From contig NIVC01000001.1 in the NCBI GenBank assembly GCA_002269645.1, positions 1,426,001 to 1,490,000 on the forward strand: a stretch of 64,000 nucleotides of DNA, written 5' to 3'. Positions 33,593-46,275 of this stretch are shown one piece after another. Every line of letters starts with the position of its first letter. Position 1 is the first letter of the stretch. Position numbers and translations under genes: made by a program. This stretch comes from Macrostomum lignano (lineage: Eukaryota). The notes beneath the pieces are model-generated. The model had not been told where the DNA came from. It worked only from the letters and a program-made list of their open reading frames with translations, and did not search any database.

Positions 33593-36500
33593 CTGCGTTG
33601 GCGTGGGGGCGGGGATGCGATTTGAGCGGCCTGACTTCGCACGCGAAGGCGTATTCAGCATGCCAGTGAAGTATGAGACAGACCAGGCCTTTGGGCTAAG
33701 GTCTGCGATGCTTCACGCCTGCCCCTATCTTTGGCAGGTCAAGGCTGGTGGGAGGTCTGCACCCTCTATTTGCCTCCGGCAGCCGCAGACCCCCCCCCAC
33801 GCTGTCTCGCAAGTCGACCAAGGGTACTCGTCCCCGCGTGTGTTCAAGGCAGACCCTAGGGCTGCTGGACAGACTGGGCTCCGGCGCTGGCGACCCTATC
33901 CAGTGGCTTCGGCCGAATTTGGGTATGCGGGTCTGGCTCGCCAACCTGCAGGCCATGGTACTGCTCAACGTGCTCTCTAATGCCTAAGGTGTTGACCGTG
34001 CCGATGGGCTGGAAGGCCGGGGAGTAGTCCGGTCGCAAGCGGTCCCCCTCCTGGTGTCGGGCCAGCCTTGAGGGTTCTATTGGCCTACTGCCCGGTCAGG
34101 TGGAGCGGCCGGGTGGGTACCGCGCCCCTTTGAGGGTAGCCCACCAACCTTTTATCATGGCCTTTGAGCCGTCTATGGATAATCACGCTAATTCTAGGGA
34201 CGGGGATCCTTCTAAACCCAAACCTCAGTCCGAAGGACCGGCCGGCCCTGCTGGCAGATCCCAACCGACTGATTCAACTGTGGCAAAGGAAGGACCGGCT
34301 GGCTCTGCTGGCAGATCCGACCAGAGCTACCAAACTCAAAATACACCCAAAGACCTGCCAGCTCCGCTGGTGGATCTAAGGGAACCGCGAGCTCTGAGCC
34401 TAAAGGACCGGCCAAATCTGGCAGATCCGATGAAGCTCAGCGGGCTCGGCTTGAGCGCAAACGCGCTAAACAACGCGCCAAAAGGCAGGCCAAGAAGGGA
34501 GCTGCGGGGGCCAAAGCGGCGGCGTCCACCATGGATGCTGAAGCGACTGGATTCCCAAGGCAACCAGGCGGGCCGGCCGGTGGAAGCTCCAGTAGTTCAG
34601 CGGCGGCGCTCCCTGGAGCTGCTGCCGCGGCTGCTGAGGCCGAAACCACGGCGCAACAAATGGCCACTGCCAACAAGGAGGTTCCTTCGGGAGCTACCTT
34701 TGCGGCGAAGGCCAAGGCCAAAATCCCGGGAGTGATCATCCAAGGTCGCGACCAGGACTGGACCACTGATCAGCTTCAAAAAGTGTGGAGTGCTGTTGAC
34801 TCCTATCTGATTGAGCTGACTGTCGAGGAGGGAATCTCCATCGGCATTGAGCGGATGGTGCTGCGAAGCACATTCGTTCTTATTGCACCTAGCAGCGAGG
34901 AGGACGCTCGGCAGCTGCTCCAGCGGCTGCCGACGGTCTCCTTGGATGCTGACCTTGGCGGAGCTCTTTTTCTTCGCGAGGGCCAGCGTCCAAAGACGAT
35001 ACCCTATGTGGTTTTCGTCCCTGCTAAGAGCACCGCAGCTGGACCAGACGTTATCCGCCGGGTCCTACTGCGTCTGAACCCCGACCTCCCTGCTAGTGGA
35101 CTGGTGTATCACCGCCGAGTCCGCAGGGGGGAGACGGGCAACTCAATTGTCCTCGGCCTTTCCAGCACTTGGGCGAGTCGGTACCCTAATGGATCCTCTT
35201 TCCAGCTGGGTGCCCTCAAGCTCAAGATGCGCCGAGGAAAGTCTGCCAAAGGGAAGGCTACTGCCAACCCCGGCATCTCCGGCAAGAGCGGGGCGCAGTC
35301 TAAGGCCCAAGGAAAGGCGCAAGCCGATCCCAAAGCCAAAGCTGCATCTCGCCCCTCTGCTAGCAGCAGTTCGGCGACCGCGGTAACGGCTCCGGCCAAG
35401 CCCCGGGAACCAAACCTGCCAGTCGGAGAAGGAGCTGAGGACGAGGCCGGGTCTTCGGAATCCGAGCTCTCCTCGGCCACCCTTGTGGGGTCTGAAGGTA
35501 AAGATGCAGATGAGGAGGCTTCCTCCATCCTGTCGTCGGAGCCTGAGGACTCTGCTGGGGGGGGGCCGGTGGGGGTGAGGAGGCCATGGACGTCGACCAA
35601 CTCCCATCTCCTAGTCAAGCCCCAGCGGCCTGGGATGAGGACGATCTGTTGTCCAAGTCTCCTTGATGGCCCTGGGCTCTAGCCAGACATTGCATTTAAT
35701 ACAGTATGACTAAGCTCCATGCTGCCAAAGGAGCGACATTCTGTCTGCAAATAAATTTACAGCATTGCGTATCTGCGTCAGTAAATCTGATGACGCTGAC
35801 AGGTTGCATTATTGCAGCCTACGAAGCGGCTTGTCCTGCTCGCGCCTACAAAGGCAAGACCTCGGCGCCGTGGTGGAACCCGGAGCTGGGGAAACTCAGG
35901 CGGAAGGCCAAAAGCCTTCATCGCCGTGCCATGAAGACCGGAAACCCGGAGGACATGGAGCTTTTCCGGCAAGCCTCCCGCAATTTCAAATCTGAAGTGC
36001 GCAAGGCCAAGGAATGTAAGTGGCGCCAATTCTGCAATGAGTTGGATCAAGACAGACCTACTTCTAGGCTTGTCAAGGCCCTTACAATGGACAAAATGTC
36101 CAAATTAGCCATGATCAAAAAAGATGATGGCTCTCTTACTAAAGACCCTGAAGAAGTGCTTCAGCATATGCTTAGCACATTCTTCCCGAGGGTACCTACT
36201 GCTAGATCGGAGCCCAACCATTCGATGGATGGAGCCACCCTAGCGGCGGGCATTGTCACTGAAGACCTAATCGCTCGTGCGGTCAGAACCTTCAAACCCT
36301 TCAAATCTCCTGGACCTGATGGTATCTACCCTGTTCTCCTTCGTGAAGCAGCCAAGATACCCTCGTTCCTGAGACTCACCCGCAATCTTATTCGGGCCTC
36401 TATCCAGCTGGGATACGTTCCCAAATGCTGGACTGAAGCTCGGGTAGTCTTTATTCCCAAACCTGGGAAGGGTGACTACCAAAGCGTCAAGGCCTTCCGG

Positions 36501-36949
36501 CCAATTAGCTTAACGTCAGCAATGCTTAAGCTCACTGAGAGGCTTATTCTCTGGCGGCTGCTCTCCTGCGGGCTGACAGCGATGCCCCTCAGCAATAATC
36601 AGCACGCCTTCTGTTAGCTCGGAGTCGATTATTGAATAACTTTCATTTGACAATCAAGCTGCATGCTCTCGCGGCTTACTTTGCCTTCTTTCGTTCTTTT
36701 TTATTTATTCTTTAGCGCTGCCTTCACTCATTACAACTCTATGGGTTTGGCCAAAGACAGCATACCGACGCACACACAAGCGATACTAACACTCCTCCCA
36801 TGCGAGATAAAAAATACTCTAAAAGAATGCACCTCATGGTTTCATAATGAAACAAATAATAAATAATACGCTTTTAAATAATAAAATAAAAACAACAGGT
36901 ACACAATCAGTTCACAAGAGTAGCTTTCCATTGCAAACTACGCTTGGAT

Positions 36950-39910
36950 TCACGTTAAGCTCTGTTTGGTTGGTGTCCCGAGTTTTTTGTACTGCAGTCT
37001 ATCAGGCGGCCTTCGATTACGAGTAGGATAGCGTTTATCAGCGTCTTCTGGGCGCGCTTGATCTTTTGGCAATGAGTCCGGACTCATTTTACTCTGAAAT
37101 GTTGCTTCTGAACCAGAATCGCTATGACTTGTATCTTCTTCGGCCTCTTTAGCGTCGGTACATCTTGGTTTTATCTGCTCCAGGTGCCTTCTCGAGATGT
37201 TTCCATCTTCACCTTCAACATTAACAATAGCCTTGCCTTCAGAGTTGATGACGACTCCAGGTGCCCATTTGCGTTGGTGATCATTGTAGACCTTGACCCA
37301 CACCGGTTGCTTTGACAGTTGGGTGATCGGGCCACGCAATAAATGACCACGCATCATTTCAGCTGGAGATTTCCCTGTGGCAGCGTGCTTTGCATTCCGA
37401 TACTGCAGCAAGAATCGATCTATGTTGGCCTGCATGCAGCTTTCCTGCTGTGCTGCTCTGAGGTGGTTTTTTAGATCACGGACGAATCTCTCCGCTTGTC
37501 CATTCGATCGCGGATGATATAGTGGTGTTAGAATGTGCTTACACCCGATTGACTGTAGCCAGTTTTCCATATGCTTGGACGTAAATTGTGGTCCGTTATC
37601 GGACACTAGTGTAAGTGGCACACCTTCCTGTGCGAATGTGCGGCGAAGACGCAGAATAGTTTCTTCCGTTGTAGTGGAACTCATCAGATGGACCTCAGCC
37701 CATTTACTGTAGGCGTCAATCATTATGAGGCAATATTTTCCATTATTAAATGGACCAGCATAGTCTATATGGACTCGGCTCCACTTCTCGGTTTCCTGTG
37801 GCCATGGAATCCATTCGCTCTTCGCATGATCTTTTTGCTGCTGGCAGTCCTTGCATGCCTTTGCCCGCTGCTGAATGTCCGCATCCACTGATGGCCACCA
37901 TACGCACTGTCGGGCAATAGATTTCATTTTCTCCGCTCCTAAATGCCCATCATGAAGCGTTCGTAGCACTTGATCACGAAGTACAGTGGGGATAATAGTT
38001 CTAATTCCCCGATACAAGATTCCATCTTCAATGGAGAACTCGCTTTGTAGCCGGGAAAATTCTGGCAACTGATTCTTTCCCTTTACCGTCCATCCATGTT
38101 TTACTTGGGCAAACAGCTTACGCATTGTTGGATCCCGTAGCGACTGTCTGCGAATTTCTTTTTTATCCACCGGCATGTTGAGTACGGTGTCCTGAACTGT
38201 ACTGACGTCAAATTGCTCATTATCGGCGCTCGTAGATGTCAATCTTGAAAGCGCATCGGCTACTGGAATCTCCTCAGATCGACGGCATTCCACGGTATAG
38301 TCATACGATGCCAGTGAGATCGCCCATCGCTGAATTCTAGCACTAGCCAGGCTGTTGAGGCTCTTTGCTGGATCAAATATATACTTCAGTGGATGATGAT
38401 CCGTCACTAGTACAAACTTTCGAGCATACAAGTATTTATGGAGACGCTTAACAGCCCAGATGATTCCCAGCGCCTCGCGCTCAATTTGTGCATAGTTACG
38501 CTCCGGCTTACTGAGTGTCTTCGATATAAACATGACCGGTCCTTTGGATTGTTCAAGCACTGCTCCAATACCGTAAGGAGAGGCGTCCGTTGTGAGTCTT
38601 GTAATTGAGTCGGATGGATCAAACGGTTTAATGACCTTCGACTCACAGATGCTAGTCTTGATTAGCTGGAACGCAGACTGTTCCATGGGTCCCCATCGCC
38701 ACTCTTCATCCTGTCGAACGAGCTTCGCTAGAGGCTCTTTGATGGTAGATAGATTTTTTATAAATCTGGAGTAAAACTCTGCCAGGCCCAGGAATGATCT
38801 AAGCTCCTTGACAGACCTTGGATCTGCTAAACTCCGTATGGCTTCCATCTTGTCTTCTGCTGGACAGATTCCTTCGCTGCCAATGTCGAGTCCCAGAAAC
38901 TTTACTCTACTGCGCTTGAGTGCACTTTTCTGATAGTTAACCACGACATTGTTTTCCTGTAGGATGCGTGTAACAACGTTAATCTGGTTGTCGTGTTCCT
39001 GTTCCGTTTTTCCATATATGAGGATGTCGTCCAGGTAGCTAACCACATTTTTCTCCGAAGCTAATAGCTTGTCCATATATCCCTGAAAAATTGCCGGTGC
39101 CTGTTTGACACCATAAGCAAGGGCTTTGGGCTGATATAACCCGAAAGGGGTGCTCAGAGTTAGGATGCTTCCAGACGCATCGTCTACTGGTAACTGTAGG
39201 TAAGCGTTCGTCAGATCGAGAACAGAGAAGATCTTGGCTCCACCCAACTGGCTCAACACATCTTCAATGCATGGGGTGGTTGAGACCATATCGCATAGGG
39301 ATTTGTTGACAGTCACCTTGTAGTCGCCGCATATGCGTATTTTTCCACTCTGCTTTCTCACAATCACAATCGGCGTTGCCCATTCGCTCTGATCAATCTT
39401 CTTCAGAATTCCTTCACTTTCCAGGCGGTCCAGTTCCTGTTTCACACTCTCTCGAATGCCGTATGGTATAGGTCTTGGCTTGAGAAACACGGGTCTGGCT
39501 TCGTCCTTTAAAACTAGATGTGCTTCGAAATGCGTTACCTGGTAAATATTCAGGTGCGGCTCAAGGGCGTGCATCCACTCAAGCCCATAGATGTTCGGAG
39601 CTCCTGGCCGATCCACGATGAAGATAGGAAGCTGTGTTGTGATGCCGTTGAACTGCACTGTGACGATCGACTTACCAAACAGCGGGACTGCACAGCCCTG
39701 ATAGTCCTTAAATGTTCTGTCGGCTGGCATAACATCTGTCCTCTGTGACAGTTGTTCGAATGAGTGTTTGGATACCAATGAGGCATCCGCACCCGTATCA
39801 AACACCATTTCAACACTTGTGCCGTTAATACTCACTGTGCGCAAAATTCTCTGCTTGCTGGTTGTCATGGAGAATATCTTGTCGCATTGATCCTCTTCAC
39901 ACTTCTCCAT
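36950..39910 (-). CDS. Mag gypsy pol (PR, RT, RNase H, integrase)
   Basis: FDTGADAS, YLDDILI, DASPYGIG, H..HLG...C..C, HIDYAGP, SDNGPQF, NGQAERFV. Open for 986 aa. Confidence 0.9.
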   Translation of the reverse strand: MEKCEEDQCDKIFSMTTSKQRILRTVSINGTSVEMVFDTGADASLVSKHSFEQLSQRTDVMPADRTFKDYQGCAVPLFGKSIVTVQFNGITTQLPIFIVDRPGAPNIYGLEWMHALEPHLNIYQVTHFEAHLVLKDEARPVFLKPRPIPYGIRESVKQELDRLESEGILKKIDQSEWATPIVIVRKQSGKIRICGDYKVTVNKSLCDMVSTTPCIEDVLSQLGGAKIFSVLDLTNAYLQLPVDDASGSILTLSTPFGLYQPKALAYGVKQAPAIFQGYMDKLLASEKNVVSYLDDILIYGKTEQEHDNQINVVTRILQENNVVVNYQKSALKRSRVKFLGLDIGSEGICPAEDKMEAIRSLADPRSVKELRSFLGLAEFYSRFIKNLSTIKEPLAKLVRQDEEWRWGPMEQSAFQLIKTSICESKVIKPFDPSDSITRLTTDASPYGIGAVLEQSKGPVMFISKTLSKPERNYAQIEREALGIIWAVKRLHKYLYARKFVLVTDHHPLKYIFDPAKSLNSLASARIQRWAISLASYDYTVECRRSEEIPVADALSRLTSTSADNEQFDVSTVQDTVLNMPVDKKEIRRQSLRDPTMRKLFAQVKHGWTVKGKNQLPEFSRLQSEFSIEDGILYRGIRTIIPTVLRDQVLRTLHDGHLGAEKMKSIARQCVWWPSVDADIQQRAKACKDCQQQKDHAKSEWIPWPQETEKWSRVHIDYAGPFNNGKYCLIMIDAYSKWAEVHLMSSTTTEETILRLRRTFAQEGVPLTLVSDNGPQFTSKHMENWLQSIGCKHILTPLYHPRSNGQAERFVRDLKNHLRAAQQESCMQANIDRFLLQYRNAKHAATGKSPAEMMRGHLLRGPITQLSKQPVWVKVYNDHQRKWAPGVVINSEGKAIVNVEGEDGNISRRHLEQIKPRCTDAKEAEEDTSHSDSGSEATFQSKMSPDSLPKDQARPEDADKRYPTRNRRPPDRLQYKKLGTPTKQSLT

Positions 39911-39916
39911 TGATGG

Positions 39917-40723
39917 TCATTGCAGCACTAGTCGAACCCTTGAAGACTCTCGGTGTCTTTCGGCCTTTGTCTTCGAAGCTCTGCAGACAGATCTCAGGTG
40001 ACCCAATTTTCCGCAGCTATCACACTTCAAGAATTTGAATCGGCATTCACTCTTTAGATGACCAGGTTTCCCACAGCAGTAGCAAGTGACCTGCTTGGCG
40101 TTCTTGTCCTCACTCGTGGGTTTTTGTGAACGTTTCCTTCCGGCTTCGCTGCCTTTTTGCGGTCGACCACTTGTCTGACGCATCTGCAGTACATTCAAGC
40201 CGGTCATGTCTTTCTCCCCACGCTGGACCGCTTCGCAAGCCGCAGCTACCGCCGTTACCTTGTCCCACGTCAGGTCTTCGATTTTCTCAGACAGTAGCTT
40301 CCGCAGAATCTCTTTACTCTGGAGTCCAAAGATAAACTGATCTCTGAGCCGGTCTGCCGAATCGGTAAATTTGCAGGCTTCGGACAGCTGCTTCAGCCTC
40401 CTGCTGTAAGTGGCTATGTCCTCATTGTTCTCCTGCTTCGCTTTATGGAACTCGTAGCGGCTTGCAATCACAGATTTCTCACCTTTGACCTCTTTGGTGA
40501 GCAGCTTGCTGAGCGTATCAAAGTCCTTGGTGTCCAACTTATCGGGCAGCACCGCATCAGCAAGGAGGTTAAAAATTCGCTTGCCGAGCAGCGCCAGAAA
40601 AGCGTTGCGCTTTTTGTCGTCTTTCCAGTCATTCAGCGTGGCGCAGATTTCGAATCGCTGCAGCCATCGGTGGGGATCCTCGCTCTCTTCTAGCGGTTCG
40701 ATGGTTGGCAGCCTCGTCGCCAT
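39917..40723 (-). CDS. Mag gypsy gag
   Basis: MATRLP (ATG overlaps PBS); CYCCGKPGHLKSEC and CDSCGKLGHLRSVC. Confidence 0.9.
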   Translation of the reverse strand: MATRLPTIEPLEESEDPHRWLQRFEICATLNDWKDDKKRNAFLALLGKRIFNLLADAVLPDKLDTKDFDTLSKLLTKEVKGEKSVIASRYEFHKAKQENNEDIATYSRRLKQLSEACKFTDSADRLRDQFIFGLQSKEILRKLLSEKIEDLTWDKVTAVAAACEAVQRGEKDMTGLNVLQMRQTSGRPQKGSEAGRKRSQKPTSEDKNAKQVTCYCCGKPGHLKSECRFKFLKCDSCGKLGHLRSVCRASKTKAERHRESSRVRLVLQ

Positions 40724-43032
40724 TGTTAGCTCTGAGTCGATTATTGAATAACTTTCACTTGACAATCAAGCTGCATGCTCTCGCGGCTTACTTTGCCTTC
40801 TTTCGTTCTTTTTTATTTATTCTTTAGCGCTGCCTTCACTCATTACAACTCTATGGGTTTGGCCAAAGACAGCATACCGACGCACACACAAGCCGATACT
40901 AACACCTTCCGTACCGGGAGGTCGACTGACAGCGCCCTGCATGCGATTGTCGAGAAGATTGAACGGGCGGTACTGGGCGACGGTTACGCCCTGGCTCTCT
41001 TTCTTGACATTGTTGGCGCCTTCGACAACGTTATCTTTGAAGCGTTTCAGAGGGCCCTTCAAAATCGCAAAGCTCATGCTACCCTCATACGTTGGATCAT
41101 GTACATGATCTCCAACCGTACGGTCACTGCCCAACTTCTTGGGCAAACTGCCTCCACCAGAGTCTGTAAGGGTGGACCCCAAGGCGGAGTCCTCACCCCG
41201 ACGCTCTGGAACCTGGTCTTGGACGCTCTTCTGAGTGACTCCCGACCCGACCCCGTCTTCAAAGTCGGGTATGCTGATGACGTCACGGCCATTGTGGCAG
41301 GACCGTCTCCCAGCACGCTCAGGGATCTGATGCAGAGCTTTATCCGCAAAGCAGAATCCTGGGCCAATGACAATGGTCTGGAACTCTCTGAGCCCAAAAC
41401 CGTTGCCATTATGTTTACCAGCAGACTACGCTGGAACATACGTCCTCTGCAGCTCTACGGCAGAGATATTGCCTTCGCGCACCAGACCAGATGTCTCGGG
41501 GTCACACTTGACCACCGGCTCAACTGGTCCTTCCACGTGAAAGCAAAAGCCAAGCGTGCCTCAGCCATCCTGGCCCAGCTCCGACGAGCACTTGGCACTT
41601 CTTGGGGTCTATCCCCAAAGCGGCTTTGGTGGATCTATACTTCCGTAGTTAGACCTGCCATTACGTACGCCTCTGTTGTCTGGGTTAGCGCTACCCAGGT
41701 AAAAAGCCATGCAGACCTGCTCAACACGATCCAAGGCAGAGCGTGTAGGCTCATCTGCAACGCCACCAGGTCCACGCCCTTTGCTGGCATGGGGGCCTTC
41801 CTTAATCTACCGCCTCTTGACCTCTTCATCAGGGGTGAGGCGGCTAGAACGACGCGGCGTCTAATTGATGCCGGCGTCAAGTTCATTTACATGAGAGCAC
41901 CTGCTAAGCGGAACCTTGTCCCGCATAGCGACCTGTGCCTCAACTTTCTCAACGAGTGTCAGGCCAATCGCGTCTTCACCGATCGCATTGCCTCAACGGT
42001 CAACCTGAGACAGCGCTACTCCGTAGATATCGACTCGCGCGATAACATCAATGACCAATGGAACCCTGGTGAGCTTCATTGCTACACCGACGGTTCTAAG
42101 CAGTCAGCCAACACCGGCTTTGGTGTTGGAATCTTTCTGAACGGGAGGGTCATCGCTACCCACGCTCAATACACTGGGGTCAACTCCAGTGTTTTCCAAA
42201 ATGAAGTTCTGGCCATCAGCTCCTGCACTGCAGAGCTTCTCGCCACTGGCGTTACTGGTAAGAACATCATTTTCCATTCGGACAGCCAAGCTGCCTTGCA
42301 CGCCATCAGTGGCTGCAGCACCAACTCTGCTACAGTCCTCGACTGTATCAAACTTCTCAACGTGTTGGGTTCCGCCAACAAAATTACCCTTAAGTGGGTT
42401 CCGGGGCATGTGGGGATCCGAGGAAATGAGCTGGCTGACACCCTTGCAAAAGTTGGTGCCTCCGGCTCCTCTCTCGGTCCCGAACCCCTTGTCCCGATTC
42501 CTGGATGTATCATCGACTCGCGCATCAAAGCGTGGATCAGGACCCAGCACCGCTCGACTTGGGCGAACTGCACTACCTGCAGGCAATCCAGAGGCGCTGT
42601 CCCTCAGCCCTCTCACCAGCTCCGGAAGTTCCTCTTGGGCCTCTCTCTCGAAGAGACATCCGGGCTGCATCATGACCCTTCACGCGGGCCAGACTCACTT
42701 ACCTCGGGCCACACACATAAATTACTGAAGTGTGCAAACCCGAAAACTTCAATCAGCTCATGAGCTACCTTCGGGCCACCCGCAGGGCTGAAATCTCCTT
42801 TACAGAGAGCACCATAGCTGCTGGCGACACTGGGGGACCTCCTTGGGCGGTGCCAGCTAGCAAGACTTGAGATTGCTAGCTGATGACTAGAAATAGGAGT
42901 TAAGGAGTCAGGACTGCAAATGAGAACGAGAAGTAGACTAGTAGAGGTACCTCAGGACGCGTAACTCCCTTCAGTCGTCACTCTTGGAAAAAAAGATCAT
43001 CACAGAAAGCCTGAAATGAAGCGTTCTCCTTT

Positions 43033-43150
43033 CAGGGAATGTTCGGAGTCGGGTCAGGTTTCGGTCCGAGTCGGGTTTCGGGTTCGGGGCACAGAGTCTG
43101 GGTCGGATTTCACTCCGAACCCGGAAAACTGGAAACCTGAACACCCCTAG
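43033..43150. mobile_element. Possible short hAT-like MITE
   Basis: CAGGGAATGTTC ... GAACACCCCTAG imperfect TIRs with internal TCGGGT repeats. TSD unconvincing. Confidence 0.4.
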
Positions 43151-43435
43151 TTCTTTTCCGGCATAGCGGCTCTCAAAAAATATTTGCCTTTGTTTATTTG
43201 AGCACAGTTATGCATGAAGATGCTATCCTATACTGTATACAATCCTCTCCAAAATTAAACTACCTACATGTATGCAAAACCATCAAATCTCACCTTCTAC
43301 TCTCTTTTCAATCTCACCCTCTACTGCATTAACCAAGTTCACCCTCTACTATTTATCAATCTAACCCACTATACTCTATATCAATTTCACCTTTGAGTCT
43401 CAGCCTCCACTCAAACAGCCCCAGAAGCCACCAAC

Positions 43436-43770
43436 CTGAACGGCCAGCCGGTAGGACTTGCCGGCAGTGAACGCCTCGTTGCCAACGGTAACCAGGTAGC
43501 CCAGGTCGGACACAATCCGGAAGCGACCCTCGGCCAGAGCCTCCGTGCCCGGCGCCAGCGCGAACGACAGACTGGAATCTGAGTCGGCATCGGCGCCGAT
43601 AAATTTCGACATGACGCCGGAAGGTCGCACAGTGGAGCCGGCCTTTGTAGCGGTCTGCTGGTAGAGCGACGACCGGAAGACCCGGGGCAGGCCGCCCTCG
43701 AACGGGCGCTGAATAACTGGCATCTCATGGTTGGCGGGTTGAACATCGATTCGATAGGGCAGCTCCACCG
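43436..43770 (-). CDS. Gene B exon 2, first cadherin repeat
   Basis: VELPYRIDVQPANHEMP...GADAD...YRLAVQ. 335 nt, phase 1/0. Confidence 0.85.
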
Positions 43771-44684
43771 CTGGACAGATTGGGGTGGAGAGAGATCGGT
43801 GAGATTACTGTGAGATTACTGCATGCTTGAGTGTGTGCGATTGAGATTCGAACTTGCGATAGGCCAGGCCAGTGTTTTAGTTTTTTTGTACTCATCGCCA
43901 GCTTAGGGGCCGTAGCCTAGTGGCCTGGTGTGGCGCTCTGATGTGCCTGGCTCTGCTTCTGCAGTTAACTCCCAGCTTGAAAGCCAACCCCCAAGGCACA
44001 GTGAAGTTTACATGCCTAACGATATATAAAGCTCATATAGGAGAAGAAATGAAGAGGCTAGAGGCAGAAGACTTGGGTTAGTGCACCATTAGCACAATTG
44101 GCACAAAAGTAGTCGCCGGTCACGCCAATTCACTGTATAAACAGCAAAAGTTTTTTTAGTCTTGAATACAGTATTATACACCAAATATTTGCGTTAAAAA
44201 TGCGTTGCGTTAGAGTTATGGACAGTTGGAACCAAATGCTTAACATGTGCTTCATTAAAACCAACAGATGTAGCGAAAACAACTCAATCAAGTGACCAGA
44301 ACATCAAGAAATGGTTTGAAGAGTAAAGGTTCTGTCTATTTCATTGCACGTCTGTACCATTGCTCATTATCGCTTTCTAGCGAATTGATAATAAATATAC
44401 TTGTTATGTTCTTGGCCTTAAGCCACAGTAATCGGTGCTAGGCCGAAAATGATTTTTATATATTTTGTCGCTTGTTTGGGGTTGACATATAAACGGGGGC
44501 AGATGGTTGCGCACATAGACGAATAATTCGCATACGCACACAACAATACTAACTCAAGACTAAACTGCGCGTTTACTTTTGAGTTGTTGCGAAGCTGCAA
44601 TTGTAGATGCAAGGCTAGCCTCCAGGTGCTGATTTCTCCATTCTTAGGCTTCTCTCCTTAACAAGAAGTATAATATCAGCTCAC

Positions 44685-44793
44685 CTGTTGTGTTGGCACT
44701 GCAGACGCTGCAGCTTTCCGTACCAAAAATCAGAAACAAACACAATAGTTGCCAGCCGAAGTCTCCGTTGACTGAAGCAAAGTTCAGTCTCAT
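44685..44793 (-). CDS. Gene B exon 1: start codon and putative signal peptide
   Basis: MRLNFASVNGDFGWQLLCLFLIFGTESCSVCSANTT, donor G|GTGAG in phase 1 matching exon 2. Confidence 0.65.
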
Positions 44794-45633
44794 GATGAAG
44801 CTTTAAGTTTCAAAGCGAGGATCAGCAAGGGTAACTTCTAGTTGTCCTTGTTTCAAAGACGGATTTATTTTCAATGAAAGTATAACTGATGTAGGAAAAA
44901 ATGTGTTCACTCCGCGCTTTCCTGAAGCATCACTCGAGGGTTTAAACAGCGCCGCTGTTGCAGGAAAATCCGCGGCAATTCCATCAAGTGTCAGATGAAT
45001 TAACTGAATGCACGTGTGTTTTGTTTCTATTTTTAGCATCAAGAGCTGGTTCCATTTTTAGCATCAAGGTAGTCTATGAAATCACTGGAAAAGGGCTTAA
45101 ATCGAAGCGAAAAAACAACTGCCTCCTCTCCGTCTCGACCAGGGCTATCCAGACGGACCAGCGCAAGACTTAAAGACAAATAACAAAAGCTGAGGCTTGA
45201 AGGCCAAGCCAGCAGCCTGCGAACGCGTGACACTGTAGACAGACTCGCAGCAAATTCTTGGGGGGGGGGGTTGATATGGTGCCCTAACAAGGCACGGAGA
45301 AAATTGCCCGAGCGATAACCCTGCCCCGCTCAAACTATACATTACTCTGCATTTTTAAATAGCCTGTGTTGCTTGCTTGACTATAAAATACATTGCTTTG
45401 AATAATTTGCGGTACAGAGAGAACGCGGAGACGTGAGGAGCCTCACACTCATAATAGGGCCCTTAGAGGCCAGTGTGTTAGATAGTCTTTCTGGCTTGTG
45501 AGCAGAAGATAGCAGGAAAATAAAACCTGTTATAGTCTGTTTCTATTTTTAGCATCAAGGTGGTCAGCATCTATTGTCGTAAAATAAGTAGCATGCATAA
45601 AATAAAGTACTGAATCACAAGTATATTTTAGTC

Positions 45634-45764
45634 AGCCAATCACAAGAGAGTATAAAGTCAAAACATGTTATTTTTATCAACCGACCAATCATGTGTGACC
45701 TACAATTGTCAGTTCAGACCCCATCAGCGGTTCATCATTCGGCCTGCACCGAATGAACCAATCA
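45634..45764. promoter_or_regulatory. Three CCAATCA boxes about 0.85-0.97 kb upstream of the gene B ATG; candidate promoter
   Basis: AGCCAATCA at 45634, GACCAATCA at 45683, AACCAATCA at 45756. Position only, no TSS data. Confidence 0.35.
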
Positions 45765-46275
45765 AAAGTAACTCATTCGCTGAATCATTCGCTGTTTCAC
45801 TAGACTGGTTGCTTAACTTTCTACCCTGTCATGCCGGACAGCAACCAAAGCGTGACCCTTTGACATTCGAGAAAATGTACCGAAGCCCCAAGAAAACTTT
45901 CCAGAAGAAAGAAGAGCTCAGAAGGGGAAGTCAGCGAGGAACTTACTTCAGACCAAGTCAAACGAGACTCGGCTGAGTTCTTGCGGTAAGCCTTACTCAT
46001 TTTGCGCCAGGTGTTACAGTCGACTCGAATTGATATTGTGACTGAGTCTATTGAGACTCCATTGGTTGTAGTCTCCAGAAGGACTACCCTGATAGCCTCC
46101 AGAAGACTACCAGTGATTACACCGGAGCTATACCTAGGGTGTATTAAAGACACTGCCAGAAGGAGAAGGCTTTTTGAAACCGCAGCGCAGCGCAGGGATC
46201 CTCATTGTTGACTAAAAGCTTCTGATTGGTCCTAACTGCAGATACCGGCCGGAAACGACTTGTGTGAAGTACAAG

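Larger units (their letters stand above)
36612..40904 (-). mobile_element. Mag-clade Ty3/gypsy LTR retrotransposon, near intact
   Basis: LTRs at 36612-36791 and 40724-40904 (3 differences seen); 5 bp TSD CCTTC; PBS TGGCGACGAGG; PPT TGGGAGGAG; two CCHC knuckles. Confidence 0.95.
33670..42856 (+). mobile_element. Non-LTR retrotransposon (R1/LOA/I-group-like, with RNase H), split by a gypsy insertion; endonuclease mostly deleted, 3' end truncated
   Basis: ORF1-like 34531-35670. ORF2 QINLQHC joins directly to APWWNPEL...KSPGPDG...FRPISL...NQHAF, resumes at 40910 (RTGRST, LDIVGAFD, GPQGGVL, YADD), then RNase H (YTDGSK, SDSQAA, GNELAD). 5' boundary approximate. Confidence 0.85.

Noticed and set aside
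33600-33900. HDV-like ribozyme at the LINE 5' end
   Set aside because: I could not assemble P1/P2/P3 by eye. A descriptor search (RNArobo) would be needed.
40775-40904. Hydrophobic, signal-like N-terminus on the 662 aa RT ORF
   Set aside because: It is translated LTR sequence of the inserted gypsy, also seen at 36663.
42856-42900. Hammerhead-like hairpin-CTGATGA-hairpin
   Set aside because: GAGT replaces the required GAAA, there is no NUH triplet before stem I, and no stem III.
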